Shown: positions 8,948-19,566, counted from the first letter of the stretch. The stretch: DNA of 55,190 nucleotides from an uncultured Achromobacter sp. (GCA_913775005.1 CAJYKY010000383.1:1-55190); one strand, 5' to 3'. Translations and numbers: made by a program. The notes: generated by a model from the letters alone, not told the origin.

Positions 8948-11354
8948 ACGCCCGCTCTCCACCACCAGCCCACGGTCCTTGTTCGCGTTCGGCACCAAGG
9001 CGGAAACGCTCCAGCGGCTGCAAGCGATGCTGCAACATGCGCGCGTGCCGGACTTCCTGTTCTTTACCCTGAAGGAATGGCGGGTCCGGCGTACTGCGGT
9101 CATCGCGCGCGTGCTGGAAAAGTTTGCCGGGACGCCGCTCGCCGTGCGCAGCAGCGCATTGATCGAAGACGGCGCGCGTCATTCCATGGCCGGCGCGTTC
9201 CTGAGCCTGCTGGATGTGGACGGATCCAACCCGGACGCCGTCGCCAATGCCATCGACCGCGTAGCGCAATCAATGACGGGCGATTCGCGAGACCAGGTCC
9301 TGGTGCAACCGATGATCAGCGACGTCGCGGTGAACGGCGTGATCATGACGTATGACATGGTGCACGGGACGCCCTACTACTGCATCGACTTCGATGATGA
9401 GAGCGGCCGCACGGACACGGTGACGGGCGGCAGCGCCATCAATAAAGGGCTGTTCGTCTATCGCCATACTGCGGCGGAATATCTGCGATCTTCCCGTGTC
9501 GCGCGCTTTCTTGAACTGGCGCGTGAGCTGGAATCGTTGTGCCAATGCGCCGCGCTGGACATCGAATTCGGCTTGAGCCGCGACGGACAGCTATACCTTT
9601 TTCAGGTCAGACGCATGTCGATGGCGGGGCAATGGCACCCCGTTACCGAACGCCGCGTAGAGCGGCAACTGGCCTTCGTGGAAGCCTTTGTGCGGGATTG
9701 CTCCTTGCCGCGCGACGGCATCGTGGGCGACACGACGATACTTGCCATCATGCCGGACTGGAATCCTGCCGAGCTGATCGGCACCACGCCCAAACCCTTG
9801 TCCGCATCGCTGTACCGCGAAATGATCACGCGCGCGACGTGGCACAAGGCGCGCGCCACGATGGGTTACCGCCCACTGCACGACGCCGAACTGATGGTGC
9901 AGATCAATGGGCATCCCTATATCGATGTGCGCCTGAGCTTCAATTCATTTTTACCCGCCGCGATCAGTGACGACGTCGGCGCCAAATTGGTGAACGCATG
10001 GCTGACGCGGCTGCGCGACAACCCGGAATTCCATGACAAGGTGGAATTCGATGTCGTTCCCACCTGTCTGGACTTCTGTTTCGACGAGGACTTCAACGCG
10101 CGCTATGGGTCAGTGCTGGATGACGCGCAACGGCAAGACTATCGCGCGGCGCTTGCGGCGCTGACGCGGCAAGCCGTCGCGCCGGGCGCGGCGTCGACCT
10201 TGACGCAGGCGCTGCAAAGCGCCGAGCGCCTGGCGCAAACCGCGTCACCGTCGCGGCATCAGGCTTGCGCGCGCACTGCGCTAGCCAACGCCAGCCGCCT
10301 GATGAATGCGTGCCGCCAGCAGGGCGTGCTGCCCTTCGCCATTGCAGCCCGCCATGCATTCATCGCGGAAGCGCTGATGCGTTCCGCGGTTCGCCGAGGC
10401 GCCTTGACGCAGGCGCGCCTGGACGCGTTCAAACGCAGCATTCACACCGTCACCGCCAACATCGTTGGCGAGTATGCCCAGGTCTGTCTTGGCAAGCTGC
10501 CGCGCGATGTGTTTCTGGCGCGTTATGGGCACCTGCGTCCGGGCACCTACGAGATCACCTCGTTGCGCTACGACGAACGAGACGATCTTTTCGATAACGA
10601 AGCACCGTTGCTGCATGAGGTGTCCGCCCCGGCATTCCACCTGGATGTTGCGGAACGAGACGCGCTGAATGCGCTGTTGAAAGAATCCGGGCTGGACGTG
10701 CTGGACGCGGATCAGCTCTGTGACTACGCGCGCACCGCGATCGCCGCGCGCGAGTCAGTCAAGTTCATGTTCACCAAGGTGCTTTCCGACGCGCTCTCGT
10801 TGCTGATTGCCTGGGGCGAACAGGTCGGCCTGTCGCGCGATGACCTGGCCTATCTTGACTGGAACGCCATTCAGAACAGCCTGACGCAACCGCCGATGGA
10901 TCATATAGACCGGCATTACCAGCTGCTTGCCGCCAACGCGCGGCTTCAGTCGGAATCGGCGCACGCATTCAAGCTTGCCCACATCATCTCTGGCGTGCAG
11001 GATATTTACGTGGCCACGCTGAATCGCAGCGTCCCGAATTTTGTCGGCACGGGCGCGGCGTCGGCAAGCATCATCGAACTGACCGCGCAAATGTCGGCGC
11101 ACGCCAACATCGAAGGCAAGATCATTTGCATCGAAAACGCGGACCCTGGGTTCGATTGGATCTTCACGCAACGGCCGGCCGCATTAATCACCCGCTTTGG
11201 CGGCGCTAATTCACATATGGCGATCCGTTGCGCGGAATTCGGTTTGCCTGCGGCGATCGGCTGCGGCGACCAGCTGTATTCGCGCCTGGTGGCGGCGGGT
11301 AGCGCTGAATTGAATTGCGCGGAAAAAATCCTGCGGGCGCTCCATGACAAATGA
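8940..11354 (+). CDS. PEP-synthase/dikinase-like enzyme; Cj1418-like L-glutamine kinase
   Basis: FGTKAETL, AVRSSALIEDG..SMAGAF, DQVLVQPMI, LDIEFG, MPDWNPAELIG, YGHLRPGTYEI, C-terminal phospho-His motif GGANSHMAIRCAEFGLPA. Confidence 0.85.
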   Translation: MVERPLSTTSPRSLFAFGTKAETLQRLQAMLQHARVPDFLFFTLKEWRVRRTAVIARVLEKFAGTPLAVRSSALIEDGARHSMAGAFLSLLDVDGSNPDAVANAIDRVAQSMTGDSRDQVLVQPMISDVAVNGVIMTYDMVHGTPYYCIDFDDESGRTDTVTGGSAINKGLFVYRHTAAEYLRSSRVARFLELARELESLCQCAALDIEFGLSRDGQLYLFQVRRMSMAGQWHPVTERRVERQLAFVEAFVRDCSLPRDGIVGDTTILAIMPDWNPAELIGTTPKPLSASLYREMITRATWHKARATMGYRPLHDAELMVQINGHPYIDVRLSFNSFLPAAISDDVGAKLVNAWLTRLRDNPEFHDKVEFDVVPTCLDFCFDEDFNARYGSVLDDAQRQDYRAALAALTRQAVAPGAASTLTQALQSAERLAQTASPSRHQACARTALANASRLMNACRQQGVLPFAIAARHAFIAEALMRSAVRRGALTQARLDAFKRSIHTVTANIVGEYAQVCLGKLPRDVFLARYGHLRPGTYEITSLRYDERDDLFDNEAPLLHEVSAPAFHLDVAERDALNALLKESGLDVLDADQLCDYARTAIAARESVKFMFTKVLSDALSLLIAWGEQVGLSRDDLAYLDWNAIQNSLTQPPMDHIDRHYQLLAANARLQSESAHAFKLAHIISGVQDIYVATLNRSVPNFVGTGAASASIIELTAQMSAHANIEGKIICIENADPGFDWIFTQRPAALITRFGGANSHMAIRCAEFGLPAAIGCGDQLYSRLVAAGSAELNCAEKILRALHDK

Positions 11355-11943
11355 ACGTCGTATCGGCATCTCGATGCGGATCGTGCAAGCCGTGGGCTAT
11401 GCCGAGCCGCGCGATGCGCTGTCGCAGGAATGGGCGAGCCTGATGGCGCGAGCGCTGCCGGGTACGCCCTGGCTGCCCATCCCGAATCTAGGCGCCGAAG
11501 CCGTCGTGGCGTTCTGCGCCAATTGGAAACTGAACGGCCTGATCGTGAGCGGCGGCGACGACATCGGGCAAACGCCCTTGCGCGACAGTACCGAGCGGGC
11601 GCTGCTGGATTGGGCCGAGCGCCATGATGTGCCCACGCTCGGTGTGTGCCGCGGCATGCAGCTGATGTGCGAACGCGCGGGCGTCAGCCTCGTCGGCATG
11701 CACGGTCATGTACGAACGCGGCATGCACTCATTGGCGAACGCAGCGGCGAGGTCAACAGCTTTCATGCCTGGGCGCCCGAGCGTTGCCCCGCAGGATTCC
11801 GGCCCGTGGCCCACGCGCCTGACGGCGTGCTGGAAGCCATTGCGCATGACACGCTGCGTTGGGAGGGTTGGATGTGGCATCCCGAACGCGAAGCGTCGCC
11901 GGACGCCCTGGACGTGCAAGGTCTGAAAAGGATATTCGAATGA
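11344..11943 (+). CDS. Class I glutamine amidotransferase/peptidase C26; Cj1417-like gamma-glutamyl-CDP-amidate hydrolase
   Basis: [13 protein letters not shown] (Cys), VNSFH, MWHPERE (His-Glu). Confidence 0.85.
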   Translation: MTNERRIGISMRIVQAVGYAEPRDALSQEWASLMARALPGTPWLPIPNLGAEAVVAFCANWKLNGLIVSGGDDIGQTPLRDSTERALLDWAERHDVPTLGVCRGMQLMCERAGVSLVGMHGHVRTRHALIGERSGEVNSFHAWAPERCPAGFRPVAHAPDGVLEAIAHDTLRWEGWMWHPEREASPDALDVQGLKRIFE

Positions 11944-12659
11944 AAGCAATCATCCTGGCGGCGGGACGCGGCAGCCGCATGGGCGACATGACGGCCGAAC
12001 AGCCCAAATGCCTGACCCAGATCAAAGGCGTCACCTTGCTGGATCGCCAACTGGCGGCATTGCGCGAGGCGGGCGTGGACGAGATCGGCATCGTGACGGG
12101 GTATCGGCGCCAGGCCCTGGCGGATCGCGGCTTGCACGAGTTTCACAACCCGGATTGGGCCGATACCAACATGGTGTCGTCGCTGGCGTGCGCGCAGTCC
12201 TGGCTGTCGGAAGGCCCTTGCATCGTCAGCTATTCCGACATTTTCTATAGTGCCCAGGCCGTGCGTTCATTGATCGACGAGAACAGTGCGCTGGCGCTGA
12301 CGTATGACCCCAACTGGCTGTCGCTGTGGGGTGCGCGGTTCAGCGACCCCTTGTCCGACGCGGAGACGTTCCGGCTGGCGCCGGACGGCACGCTGCTTGA
12401 AATCGGCGAAAAGCCCCGGACCGTGCAGGAAGTCCAGGGGCAATACATGGGGTTGTTGCGCTTTACGCCCGCAGGCTGGAAGGCGTTGGAAGCCATGCGC
12501 GCGGTGCTTACGGCCGACGTCTGCAATCGCATGCACATGACCGGCGCCTTGCAACGCTTGATTCAAGCTGGCGGTATCGCCATCCGCGCCATTCCGTACA
12601 CCGGAGAATGGGGCGAGGTTGACTCGCAGGACGACCTCGCCGTTTACCAATCTCCCTGA
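11940..12659 (+). CDS. Cytidylyltransferase (LicC-like); Cj1416-like CTP:phosphoglutamine cytidylyltransferase
   Basis: [44 protein letters not shown]; ATGA overlap. Confidence 0.85.
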   Translation: MKAIILAAGRGSRMGDMTAEQPKCLTQIKGVTLLDRQLAALREAGVDEIGIVTGYRRQALADRGLHEFHNPDWADTNMVSSLACAQSWLSEGPCIVSYSDIFYSAQAVRSLIDENSALALTYDPNWLSLWGARFSDPLSDAETFRLAPDGTLLEIGEKPRTVQEVQGQYMGLLRFTPAGWKALEAMRAVLTADVCNRMHMTGALQRLIQAGGIAIRAIPYTGEWGEVDSQDDLAVYQSP

Positions 12660-12671
12660 AAGCCCCTCAGG

Positions 12672-13682
12672 TCAATTCACCCCAGCCGCATGCGCCTGCT
12701 CATCCGCATGATAAGAAGACCGCACCATCGCGCCCACCGCCGCATGCGAGAAGCCCATCGCATACGCTTCACGTTCGAACATTGCGAACGTATCCGGGTG
12801 CACGTAACGCAGCACCGGCAGGTGATGCTCTGACGGCTGCAAGTACTGGCCGATGGTCAGCATGTCTACGTTGTGTTCGCGCATATCGCGCATCACTTGC
12901 AGGATTTCTTCGTCGGTTTCGCCCAAGCCCAGCATCAGCCCGGACTTGGTTGCCACTTCGGGATGCAGCTTCTTGAATTCCGCCAGCAGCTTCAACGAGT
13001 GCATGTAATCCGAACCCGGACGTGCCTGCTTGTACAGACGCGGCACCGTTTCCAGGTTGTGGTTCATGACGTCGGGGGGGCCGGCGTTCAGGATGGTCAG
13101 CGCGCGGTCCAGGCGGCCGCGGAAGTCGGGCACCAGCACTTCGATGCGGGTGGTGGGCGACAGTTCGCGGATGTGCGTGATGCAGTCGACAAAGTGGCCG
13201 GCGCCGCCGTCGCGCAGGTCGTCGCGATCAACCGAGGTGATGACGACGTACGACAGCTTTAACGCGGCGATGGTGCGCGCGAGGTTCTCGGGCTCTTTGG
13301 GGTCCAGCGGGTCGGGGCGGCCATGGCCCACATCACAGAACGGGCAGCGGCGCGTGCACTTGTCGCCCATGATCATGAACGTGGCGGTGCCCTTGCCGAA
13401 GCATTCGCCGATGTTCGGGCAGGACGCCTCTTCGCAGACCGTGTGCAGATTGTGTTCGCGCAGGATGCGTTTGATGTCGTAGAAGCGCGAGCCGGGCGCG
13501 GCGGCCTTGACGCGGATCCACTCAGGTTTCTTCAGGCGCTCTGCCGGAACGATCTTGATGGGGATGCGTGCCGTCTTGGCCTGCGATTTCTGTTTTTGCG
13601 TCGGATCGTAGACCGCTTCCGCAGGCGCTGCGGCAGGGGCGGATTCGTTCGAGGGGACAGGGGACTCGGCGAGCGTAGACAT
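12672..13682 (-). CDS. lipA: Lipoyl synthase
   Basis: [27 protein letters not shown]. Confidence 0.97.
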   Translation of the reverse strand: MSTLAESPVPSNESAPAAAPAEAVYDPTQKQKSQAKTARIPIKIVPAERLKKPEWIRVKAAAPGSRFYDIKRILREHNLHTVCEEASCPNIGECFGKGTATFMIMGDKCTRRCPFCDVGHGRPDPLDPKEPENLARTIAALKLSYVVITSVDRDDLRDGGAGHFVDCITHIRELSPTTRIEVLVPDFRGRLDRALTILNAGPPDVMNHNLETVPRLYKQARPGSDYMHSLKLLAEFKKLHPEVATKSGLMLGLGETDEEILQVMRDMREHNVDMLTIGQYLQPSEHHLPVLRYVHPDTFAMFEREAYAMGFSHAAVGAMVRSSYHADEQAHAAGVN

Positions 13683-13852
13683 TGGGCACCTTCAAAACCA
13701 GGACGCAGGGCGGCCGGTCTGAGACAAAAAAGGCATTTTACCCTTCACCGCCCAGGTCCGCCCATCGGCCACTGGCGGGGGTGAACGCCCCCCGCGCTGC
13801 CTGGGTTATCGTCTTGCCTGACAAACACCCGGATTTCCTCGGTTTCCCGCCC

Positions 13853-14665
13853 ATGCCTGCTTCCGCCTCGCCCCGCCTTATTGCCCTGATCGCCCCTCGC
13901 CTGGACGCTGGCCCCCACAGCCGGGCCATTCAGGCGGCGGCTGACCGACTGGCGCCCGAAGGCTATTTCCTGATGGCGGGTCCCTGGCATGACCCCGCCC
14001 TGCTGCCGCAACTGGCAGCCCTGGGACCGGCCGGCGCGCTGGTGATGGGGCCGCTGGACGACCCGGCCCTGCGCTTGGGCCTGGCCGCGCTGGAGATACC
14101 GGTGGTGGAAACCTGGAGCGCCTCGTCGCACCCGCTGGATACGGCGGTTGTCATCGACAACGAAGAGGCCGGCCGCGCCGCAGCACGCCATCTGGCCGAA
14201 AAGCGCCATGCGCTGGTGGCGTGCATCAGCGCCGACAACCCCTGGGAACGCGCGCGGCGCCAAGGCTTCATCAGTGCAGCGGCCGGACTGGGCCTGGACC
14301 GCGTGGCCGACATCGTGCAGCCCGAAGTGCTGCAAATGAACGACGGCCGCATGGCGTTCTTGCGCCTCTTGGCAACCAACACGATCTTTGACGCGGTGTT
14401 CTGCACGTCGGACCTGCTGGCTGCTGCGACGGTATCGGAAGCGCACAACCGGGATCTGCATGTGCCGCAAGACCTGGCCGTGCTGGGCTTCAGCGACGAC
14501 GGCAGCGCCGTGCAATGGGCGCAAGGCCTGACGACGCTGAGTGTGAACGCGGCCGACCTTGGCCGGCGCGCGGCCCAGGCGCTGCTTGACCGGCTACAGG
14601 GCGAACTGCCCGCCGGGCAGCATCAAACGCTGGAAGTGACTTTCGAAGCTCGTCTTAGCACCTAG
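13853..14665 (+). CDS. LacI/GntR-type sugar-binding domain protein lacking the HTH
   Basis: IPVVETW, IDNEEAGRAAARHL, DAVFCTSDLLA, VPQDLAVLGFSD, LTTLSV; start ATG 13853. Confidence 0.75.
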   Translation: MPASASPRLIALIAPRLDAGPHSRAIQAAADRLAPEGYFLMAGPWHDPALLPQLAALGPAGALVMGPLDDPALRLGLAALEIPVVETWSASSHPLDTAVVIDNEEAGRAAARHLAEKRHALVACISADNPWERARRQGFISAAAGLGLDRVADIVQPEVLQMNDGRMAFLRLLATNTIFDAVFCTSDLLAAATVSEAHNRDLHVPQDLAVLGFSDDGSAVQWAQGLTTLSVNAADLGRRAAQALLDRLQGELPAGQHQTLEVTFEARLST

Positions 14666-14710
14666 GATTTAGCACCTAGGATTTAGCACCTAGGACTTAG
14701 CACCTAGGAC
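14654..14710 (+). repeat. Tandem repeat, 4 x 14 bp (C/T)TTAGCACCTAGGA
   Basis: Core TTAGCACCTAGGA at 14655, 14669, 14683 and 14697; first copy contains the TAG stop of the upstream gene. Confidence 0.95.
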
Positions 14711-14736
14711 GCAGGCCGCGCATCTGCGCGCCCCCC

Positions 14737-15456
14737 TCAGACCTCGTACAAGGCCGGAAAGCCGCAGTCCTGCAACATGCCGTTGGCTTCCTTCAGGAAC
14801 GCGGGCGTGGACGTTTCCGGCACGCGCACCAGCCATTGCACGGCCTCTTCCTTCTGGCCGCGCAACAGCAGCAGGCGGCCCAGGTGGAACATGCCCCGGA
14901 AGTCACCGCCTTCGGCGCAGCGCTGGTAGCAGTCGAACGCGCGCGCCATGTCCTGCTCAACCACGTCGCCCGCTTCGTAGAACCGGCCGACCACGCCAAT
15001 CGATTTCACATGCCCCATCTGCGCGGCCTGCTGATACAGCGCCAGCGCCGCAGCCTTGTTCTGCGTGACGCCGCCGCGTCCGCTGCGCAACATGTGCGCG
15101 TAGTTGTACATGCCCCAATCCAGGCCCCGGTCGGCGGCCAGCCGGAACCAGTAGGCCGCGACGGTATCGTCCGCAGGCACGCCCCAGCCGTTTTCATAAC
15201 AGCGGCCCACCATATTGATGGCCATCACGTTGTCGGCATTGGCGGCGCGCTTGAACCACGCCAGCCCTTCTTCGGGTTGGCGGGCCACGCCCACGCCGTC
15301 CAGCAGCATCTGACCGTAGATGGTCTGGGCTTCGACCAGCCCTAGATCGGCCGCCGCCCGGATCCAGGCGGCGTAGTCTTCGGCCGGGCCTTCGCGCAGC
15401 CGGGCCAGTTCCTCGGGCGAGGTGGCGGCCACGTCGGCCGCGCTGTAGGTCTTCAT
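14737..15456 (-). CDS. Sel1-like repeat protein
   Basis: [46 protein letters not shown] repeats; overlaps lipB stop. Confidence 0.85.
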   Translation of the reverse strand: MKTYSAADVAATSPEELARLREGPAEDYAAWIRAAADLGLVEAQTIYGQMLLDGVGVARQPEEGLAWFKRAANADNVMAINMVGRCYENGWGVPADDTVAAYWFRLAADRGLDWGMYNYAHMLRSGRGGVTQNKAAALALYQQAAQMGHVKSIGVVGRFYEAGDVVEQDMARAFDCYQRCAEGGDFRGMFHLGRLLLLRGQKEEAVQWLVRVPETSTPAFLKEANGMLQDCGFPALYEV

Positions 15457-16103
15457 GTCGTGCTTCCTCTGCGGCGCCAGGCATCCGCCAGATTTTGGGC
15501 CAGCGCATCGCCCACATCGGTGGGCGTGCGCGTGACGCCACAGGCCGCCATATCGACGGTGCGCAGCCCTTCGTAGCCACAGGGGTTGATGCCCAGGAAC
15601 GGCGTCAGGTCCATCTGCACGTTCAGCGACACCCCATGGTAGGCACGCCCGTTACGGATCTTGATGCCCAGCGCGGCGATCTTGGCCAGTTCGCCGCTGC
15701 CGGGCGCGGCGCCCGGATCCGGCACATACACGCCCGGCGCGCCGGGCTTGCGACAGGCGCCTGCCACGCCATGCTGGGTCAGCGTGTCGATGACCGCGCT
15801 TTCCAGCAAGGTGACGTATTCCTTCACGTACATATCCACGCGCCGCAGGTCGAACAGCGCATAGGCCATCACCTGGCCAGGACCGTGATAAGTCACCTGG
15901 CCACCGCGATCGCAATGGACGATGGGAATGTTGCCGGGGTTCAGCACATGCTGGGGCAGGCCCGCCTGACCCAGCGTGTAGACCGGCGTGTGCTCGCAGA
16001 GCCAGATCTCGTCAGGCGTGTCGGCGCCGCGCAGGCTGGTGTAGGCCTGCATGTCTTGCCAGACCGGCAGATATTCCGCCGGCCGCGCGAGCCACTTGAT
16101 CAC
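15453..16103 (-). CDS. lipB: Octanoyltransferase
   Basis: [34 protein letters not shown]. Confidence 0.96.
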   Translation of the reverse strand: MIKWLARPAEYLPVWQDMQAYTSLRGADTPDEIWLCEHTPVYTLGQAGLPQHVLNPGNIPIVHCDRGGQVTYHGPGQVMAYALFDLRRVDMYVKEYVTLLESAVIDTLTQHGVAGACRKPGAPGVYVPDPGAAPGSGELAKIAALGIKIRNGRAYHGVSLNVQMDLTPFLGINPCGYEGLRTVDMAACGVTRTPTDVGDALAQNLADAWRRRGSTT

Positions 16104-16113
16104 AGCGCTTCGC

Positions 16114-16386
16114 TTACAGAACGATGGACACCATGGGGTGGCCGTGCAAAGCCTTGTAGAGGTTGTCCAGCTGCTCGCGCGAGGTGGCGCGCACGATGAA
16201 CGTCAGGCCCATGTAGTTGCCGCCCTTGCTGGGCCGCATCTCGACGGTGGCGGCGTCAAATTCGGGGTCGAACTGCAAGACGACGTCAGTCAGCGTCTGG
16301 GCGAATTCGGGATGCTGCTTGCCCATGACCTTGATGGGAAAGTCGCTGGGATATTCGATGAGCGATTCTTCGGGCGGAATATGCAT
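16114..16386 (-). CDS. ybeD: YbeD/DUF493 family protein
   Basis: [22 protein letters not shown]; upstream of lipB. Confidence 0.9.
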   Translation of the reverse strand: MHIPPEESLIEYPSDFPIKVMGKQHPEFAQTLTDVVLQFDPEFDAATVEMRPSKGGNYMGLTFIVRATSREQLDNLYKALHGHPMVSIVL

Positions 16387-16567
16387 AAGAGTTACCTACG
16401 GAGGTTGATTGCCCCTGAATGTTCTTATATGGGGGCAAGCGGCGCAGAGGCAAGGCAAAAGCAGGCAAAAGCAAGGCGCAACCCAAGGCGCCAGCACGAC
16501 GCCTGTATCGCGGGCTTGCGACGCCGCGGCAACGCGCTAGCGGGGGCCACAGCAGCTGCCGACCCGC

Positions 16568-17434
16568 TTACAGCGCGGCAATCCGGGCATCATAACCCGC
16601 TCGCAAACGCTCAAAAACAGGGCCGGGCTTGCCCCTCCCTACCGGTTTGCCATCCAGCGACACGATAGCCAGCACTTCCTTGGTGGCCGACGACAGCATC
16701 AATTCATCCGCCGATTCCACCTCGGCCTGCGTGATGCGGCGCGCCTCGAACGGGACACCGGCTTCTGCCGCCAGCTCGCCCATCAGGCCGTAGCGGATGC
16801 CTTCCAGGATCAGGTTGTTCTTCGGCGGCGCCAGCAATTTACCGCCGGCCACCACCCAGATATTGGAGGACGCCCCTTCGGTCAGGTAGCCATCTCGAAA
16901 CTGCACGACTTCGTCGGCGTTCGCGTCCACGGCTTGCTGCTTGGCCAGCACGTTACCCAGCAACGACACCGATTTGATCTCGCAGTGCAGCCAGCGCTCG
17001 TCGGGAATGCTGATGGCCGCAAGGCCCTGGGTGCGCTGCGCGGCGGGCGGAGGCGCCCACGCGGAAATCATGCCGAACACGGTCGGCGTGACGGGCGTGG
17101 CGGGGAATTGGTGGTCGCGCTTGGCAACGCCGCGCGTCACCTGCAAATACACGATGCAGGTGTCCAGATTCGAGCGTGCGAGCAGTTGCTGGATCAGATC
17201 GACCCAGCCGTCGCGATCGAACGGCTGCGCGATCCGCAAGGCGGCCAGGCTGCGATCCAGCCGGTCCAGGTGTTCGGCCATGCGAAACGCATTGCCTTGG
17301 TACACGGGGACAACTTCATAGATGCCGTCGCCGAAGATAAAACCGCGATCCAGAACCGAGACCTTGGCCTCGTCCAACCGCAGGAACTCACCGTTAAGAA
17401 ACACCTGGCTTTCGCCCGGCACGCCCGGAATCAT
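16568..17434 (-). CDS. dat: D-amino-acid aminotransferase (class IV PLP)
   Basis: DRGFIFGDGIYEV, IKSVSLL, TEGASSN, ILEGI. Confidence 0.88.
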   Translation of the reverse strand: MIPGVPGESQVFLNGEFLRLDEAKVSVLDRGFIFGDGIYEVVPVYQGNAFRMAEHLDRLDRSLAALRIAQPFDRDGWVDLIQQLLARSNLDTCIVYLQVTRGVAKRDHQFPATPVTPTVFGMISAWAPPPAAQRTQGLAAISIPDERWLHCEIKSVSLLGNVLAKQQAVDANADEVVQFRDGYLTEGASSNIWVVAGGKLLAPPKNNLILEGIRYGLMGELAAEAGVPFEARRITQAEVESADELMLSSATKEVLAIVSLDGKPVGRGKPGPVFERLRAGYDARIAAL

Positions 17435-17455
17435 GATGCACTCCTGAAGTGGACA

Positions 17456-17485
17456 CCGCGACGCGCCGGAAATGGCGCGTCGCGG
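17456..17485. other. Perfect 12-bp GC-rich hairpin between dacC and dat
   Basis: CCGCGACGCGCC-ggaaat-GGCGCGTCGCGG; no U-tract, so possibly an mRNA stability or processing element. Confidence 0.5.
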
Positions 17486-17497
17486 ATTGCGTAATGC

Positions 17498-18760
17498 TTA
17501 CTGGAACCAGCGCTTGACGGTATCGACCATGCGGCCAAAGAAGCCCGCACGTTCGACGGCATCCTGCACCACCAGCGGCTCGGTGCGCAGCACCTTGCCG
17601 TCCAACGTGAATTGCAGCGTGCCCACTTGCTGACCCTTGGCAAGCGGCGCGATCAGCGGGTCCGTGCGCTGCGCCACCGGCTTGAGGTCGCCGGCCTTGC
17701 CGCGCGGCACGGCGATCGACACCGGATTCGGCGGGCCCAGCTTGACGTTTTCTGCCGTGCCTTCCCAGACGCGCGCATCGATGCCCGGCTGGCTCTTGTC
17801 GAACAGCTTCACGGTATCGAAGTTCTGGAAGCTCCAGTTCAAAAGCTTCAGGCTTTCTTCAGCGCGCGTGGCTTCGCTATCGGTGCCCACCACCACGACC
17901 AGGATGCGGCGGTCGCCACGCACAGCGGTCGACACCAGGCAGTAACCGGCCGAATCCGTGTGGCCCGTCTTCATGCCGTCTACCGACGGATCGGCCCACA
18001 GCAGACGGTTGCGGTTCGGCTGCGTGATCTTGTTGTAGGTGTAGCTCTTCTGCTTGTAATAGTGGAAGTAGTCAGGGTGATCGGTGATCAGGTGCGCCGA
18101 CAGCGTGGCCAGATCCCGCGTGGACGTCGTGTGCTGCGGGTCGGGCAGGCCGGTCGCGTTCATGAAGTGCGTGTTCTTCATGCCCAGGCGCTCGGCTTCC
18201 TGGTTCATCAGCGACGCGAAGGCGGATTCGCTGCCGCCAACGGCTTCGGCCAGCGCCACGGAAGCGTCGTTGCCCGACTGCACGATCATGCCCTGGTTCA
18301 GCTCGTCGACGGTGACAGGCTTGCGCGGTTCGATGAACATGCGCGAACCGCCGGTGCGCCAGGCGTGTTCTGACACGGGAACGGTCTGCTCCAGCGTCAG
18401 GCGCTTTTCTTCCAGCGCGTTGAACACGACGTAGGCCGTCATGATCTTGGTCAGCGAGGCCGGCTCAACCTTCATATCCGGGTTGGATGCGGCCAGCGTC
18501 TGCCCGCTGTTCACGTCGATGACGATCCACGCCTTGGCCGCGATAGTAGGCGCCGGCACCGCCGACACGTCGCCCACCGGCACTGCCCCCGAGGCCGTCG
18601 GCGCCGGGGCCGTGGTGCCTGCGGCGGCCGGCGCGGCGGCGGGCGCGGTCTGCGCCCAGACCGGCATCGAGGTCGCAAGCATCGCCGACAGCACTGCGCC
18701 GGACAACAGGCGGCGGGTAAAGACAGCGGGGGATTGGGCGGAGTAAGGCAAATTCTTCAT
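17498..18760 (-). CDS. dacC: D-alanyl-D-alanine carboxypeptidase (PBP5/6)
   Basis: PASLTK (SxxK), SGN, KTG motifs; signal peptide; start ATG 18760. Confidence 0.92.
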   Translation of the reverse strand: MKNLPYSAQSPAVFTRRLLSGAVLSAMLATSMPVWAQTAPAAAPAAAGTTAPAPTASGAVPVGDVSAVPAPTIAAKAWIVIDVNSGQTLAASNPDMKVEPASLTKIMTAYVVFNALEEKRLTLEQTVPVSEHAWRTGGSRMFIEPRKPVTVDELNQGMIVQSGNDASVALAEAVGGSESAFASLMNQEAERLGMKNTHFMNATGLPDPQHTTSTRDLATLSAHLITDHPDYFHYYKQKSYTYNKITQPNRNRLLWADPSVDGMKTGHTDSAGYCLVSTAVRGDRRILVVVVGTDSEATRAEESLKLLNWSFQNFDTVKLFDKSQPGIDARVWEGTAENVKLGPPNPVSIAVPRGKAGDLKPVAQRTDPLIAPLAKGQQVGTLQFTLDGKVLRTEPLVVQDAVERAGFFGRMVDTVKRWFQ

Positions 18761-18912
18761 CGGCAACGTGGGTCCAGGAAAGACGCCCGCCGGCGCGGGG
18801 CGAATGGCTGACAATTATAGGCAGCCGATTGGACCGCCCCCGCGCGCCAGGGGTTCCTTGCTAAAACAAACATGCAACCTGTTGCAACCTGCGGCCGCGC
18901 AGCAAAGCCGTT

Positions 18913-19566
18913 TTAGTCCAGCGCGACCTTCAAACGCGCTTGCACCAGTTGGCGCAGCACCAGCAGTTTGCCGTGGAAAAAGTGTGACGCGCCTGGCACT
19001 ACCACCACCGGAATCGAACGCGGACGCGCCCAATCCATGGCTTCAGACAGCGGCACGACCTCGTCCTCTTCGCCGTGCACCATCAGCGTATCGTCAGGCA
19101 CCTGCACTTCGTGCGACTGGAATCGGTTGACCGCCGGGCCCATCAGCATCAAGGCCGACGGCAGCACGGTTTCGCCCGCATCGGCCAAGGCCGCGTAGGT
19201 TTGCGCCGCCACGGCGGTGCCGAACGAAAAGCCCGCCAGCACCCACGGCGCGGCGGCCAGCTCTGGATGCAGCTCGCGCATCTGCGCCACCACAGCCAGC
19301 ATGTCCTGCGTTTCGCCTACCGACTTGTCGAACTCGCCTTCCGACTGGCCAACGCCCCGGAAGTTGGGGCGCACGGCCACCAGCCCGTGCTGCACGCAAG
19401 CGCGTGACAACGTCGTGACCACCTTGTTCTCACGCGCGCCGCCTTGCAGCGGATGCGGATGCAGAACCAGGGCCCAGCCGCGCGGCGTGCCGGCGGGCCA
19501 GTCAATGGCGCAGTCAATGCGGCCAGCGGCGCCGGCAAAGGCGTGGGTATCAGTACGTGCGGACAT
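18913..19566 (-). CDS. Alpha/beta hydrolase
   Basis: HPHPLQGG, GFSFG, HGEEDEVV, ASHFFHG. Confidence 0.85.
   Translation of the reverse strand: MSARTDTHAFAGAAGRIDCAIDWPAGTPRGWALVLHPHPLQGGARENKVVTTLSRACVQHGLVAVRPNFRGVGQSEGEFDKSVGETQDMLAVVAQMRELHPELAAAPWVLAGFSFGTAVAAQTYAALADAGETVLPSALMLMGPAVNRFQSHEVQVPDDTLMVHGEEDEVVPLSEAMDWARPRSIPVVVVPGASHFFHGKLLVLRQLVQARLKVALD

Noticed and set aside
8748-12659. Phosphonate (PEP mutase) or phosphocholine (lic) pathway
   Set aside because: No PEP mutase EDKxxxxxNS motif, decarboxylase, choline kinase or choline transporter seen
14654-14710. CRISPR array
   Set aside because: 14-bp units are directly tandem with no spacers, and no cas genes are present
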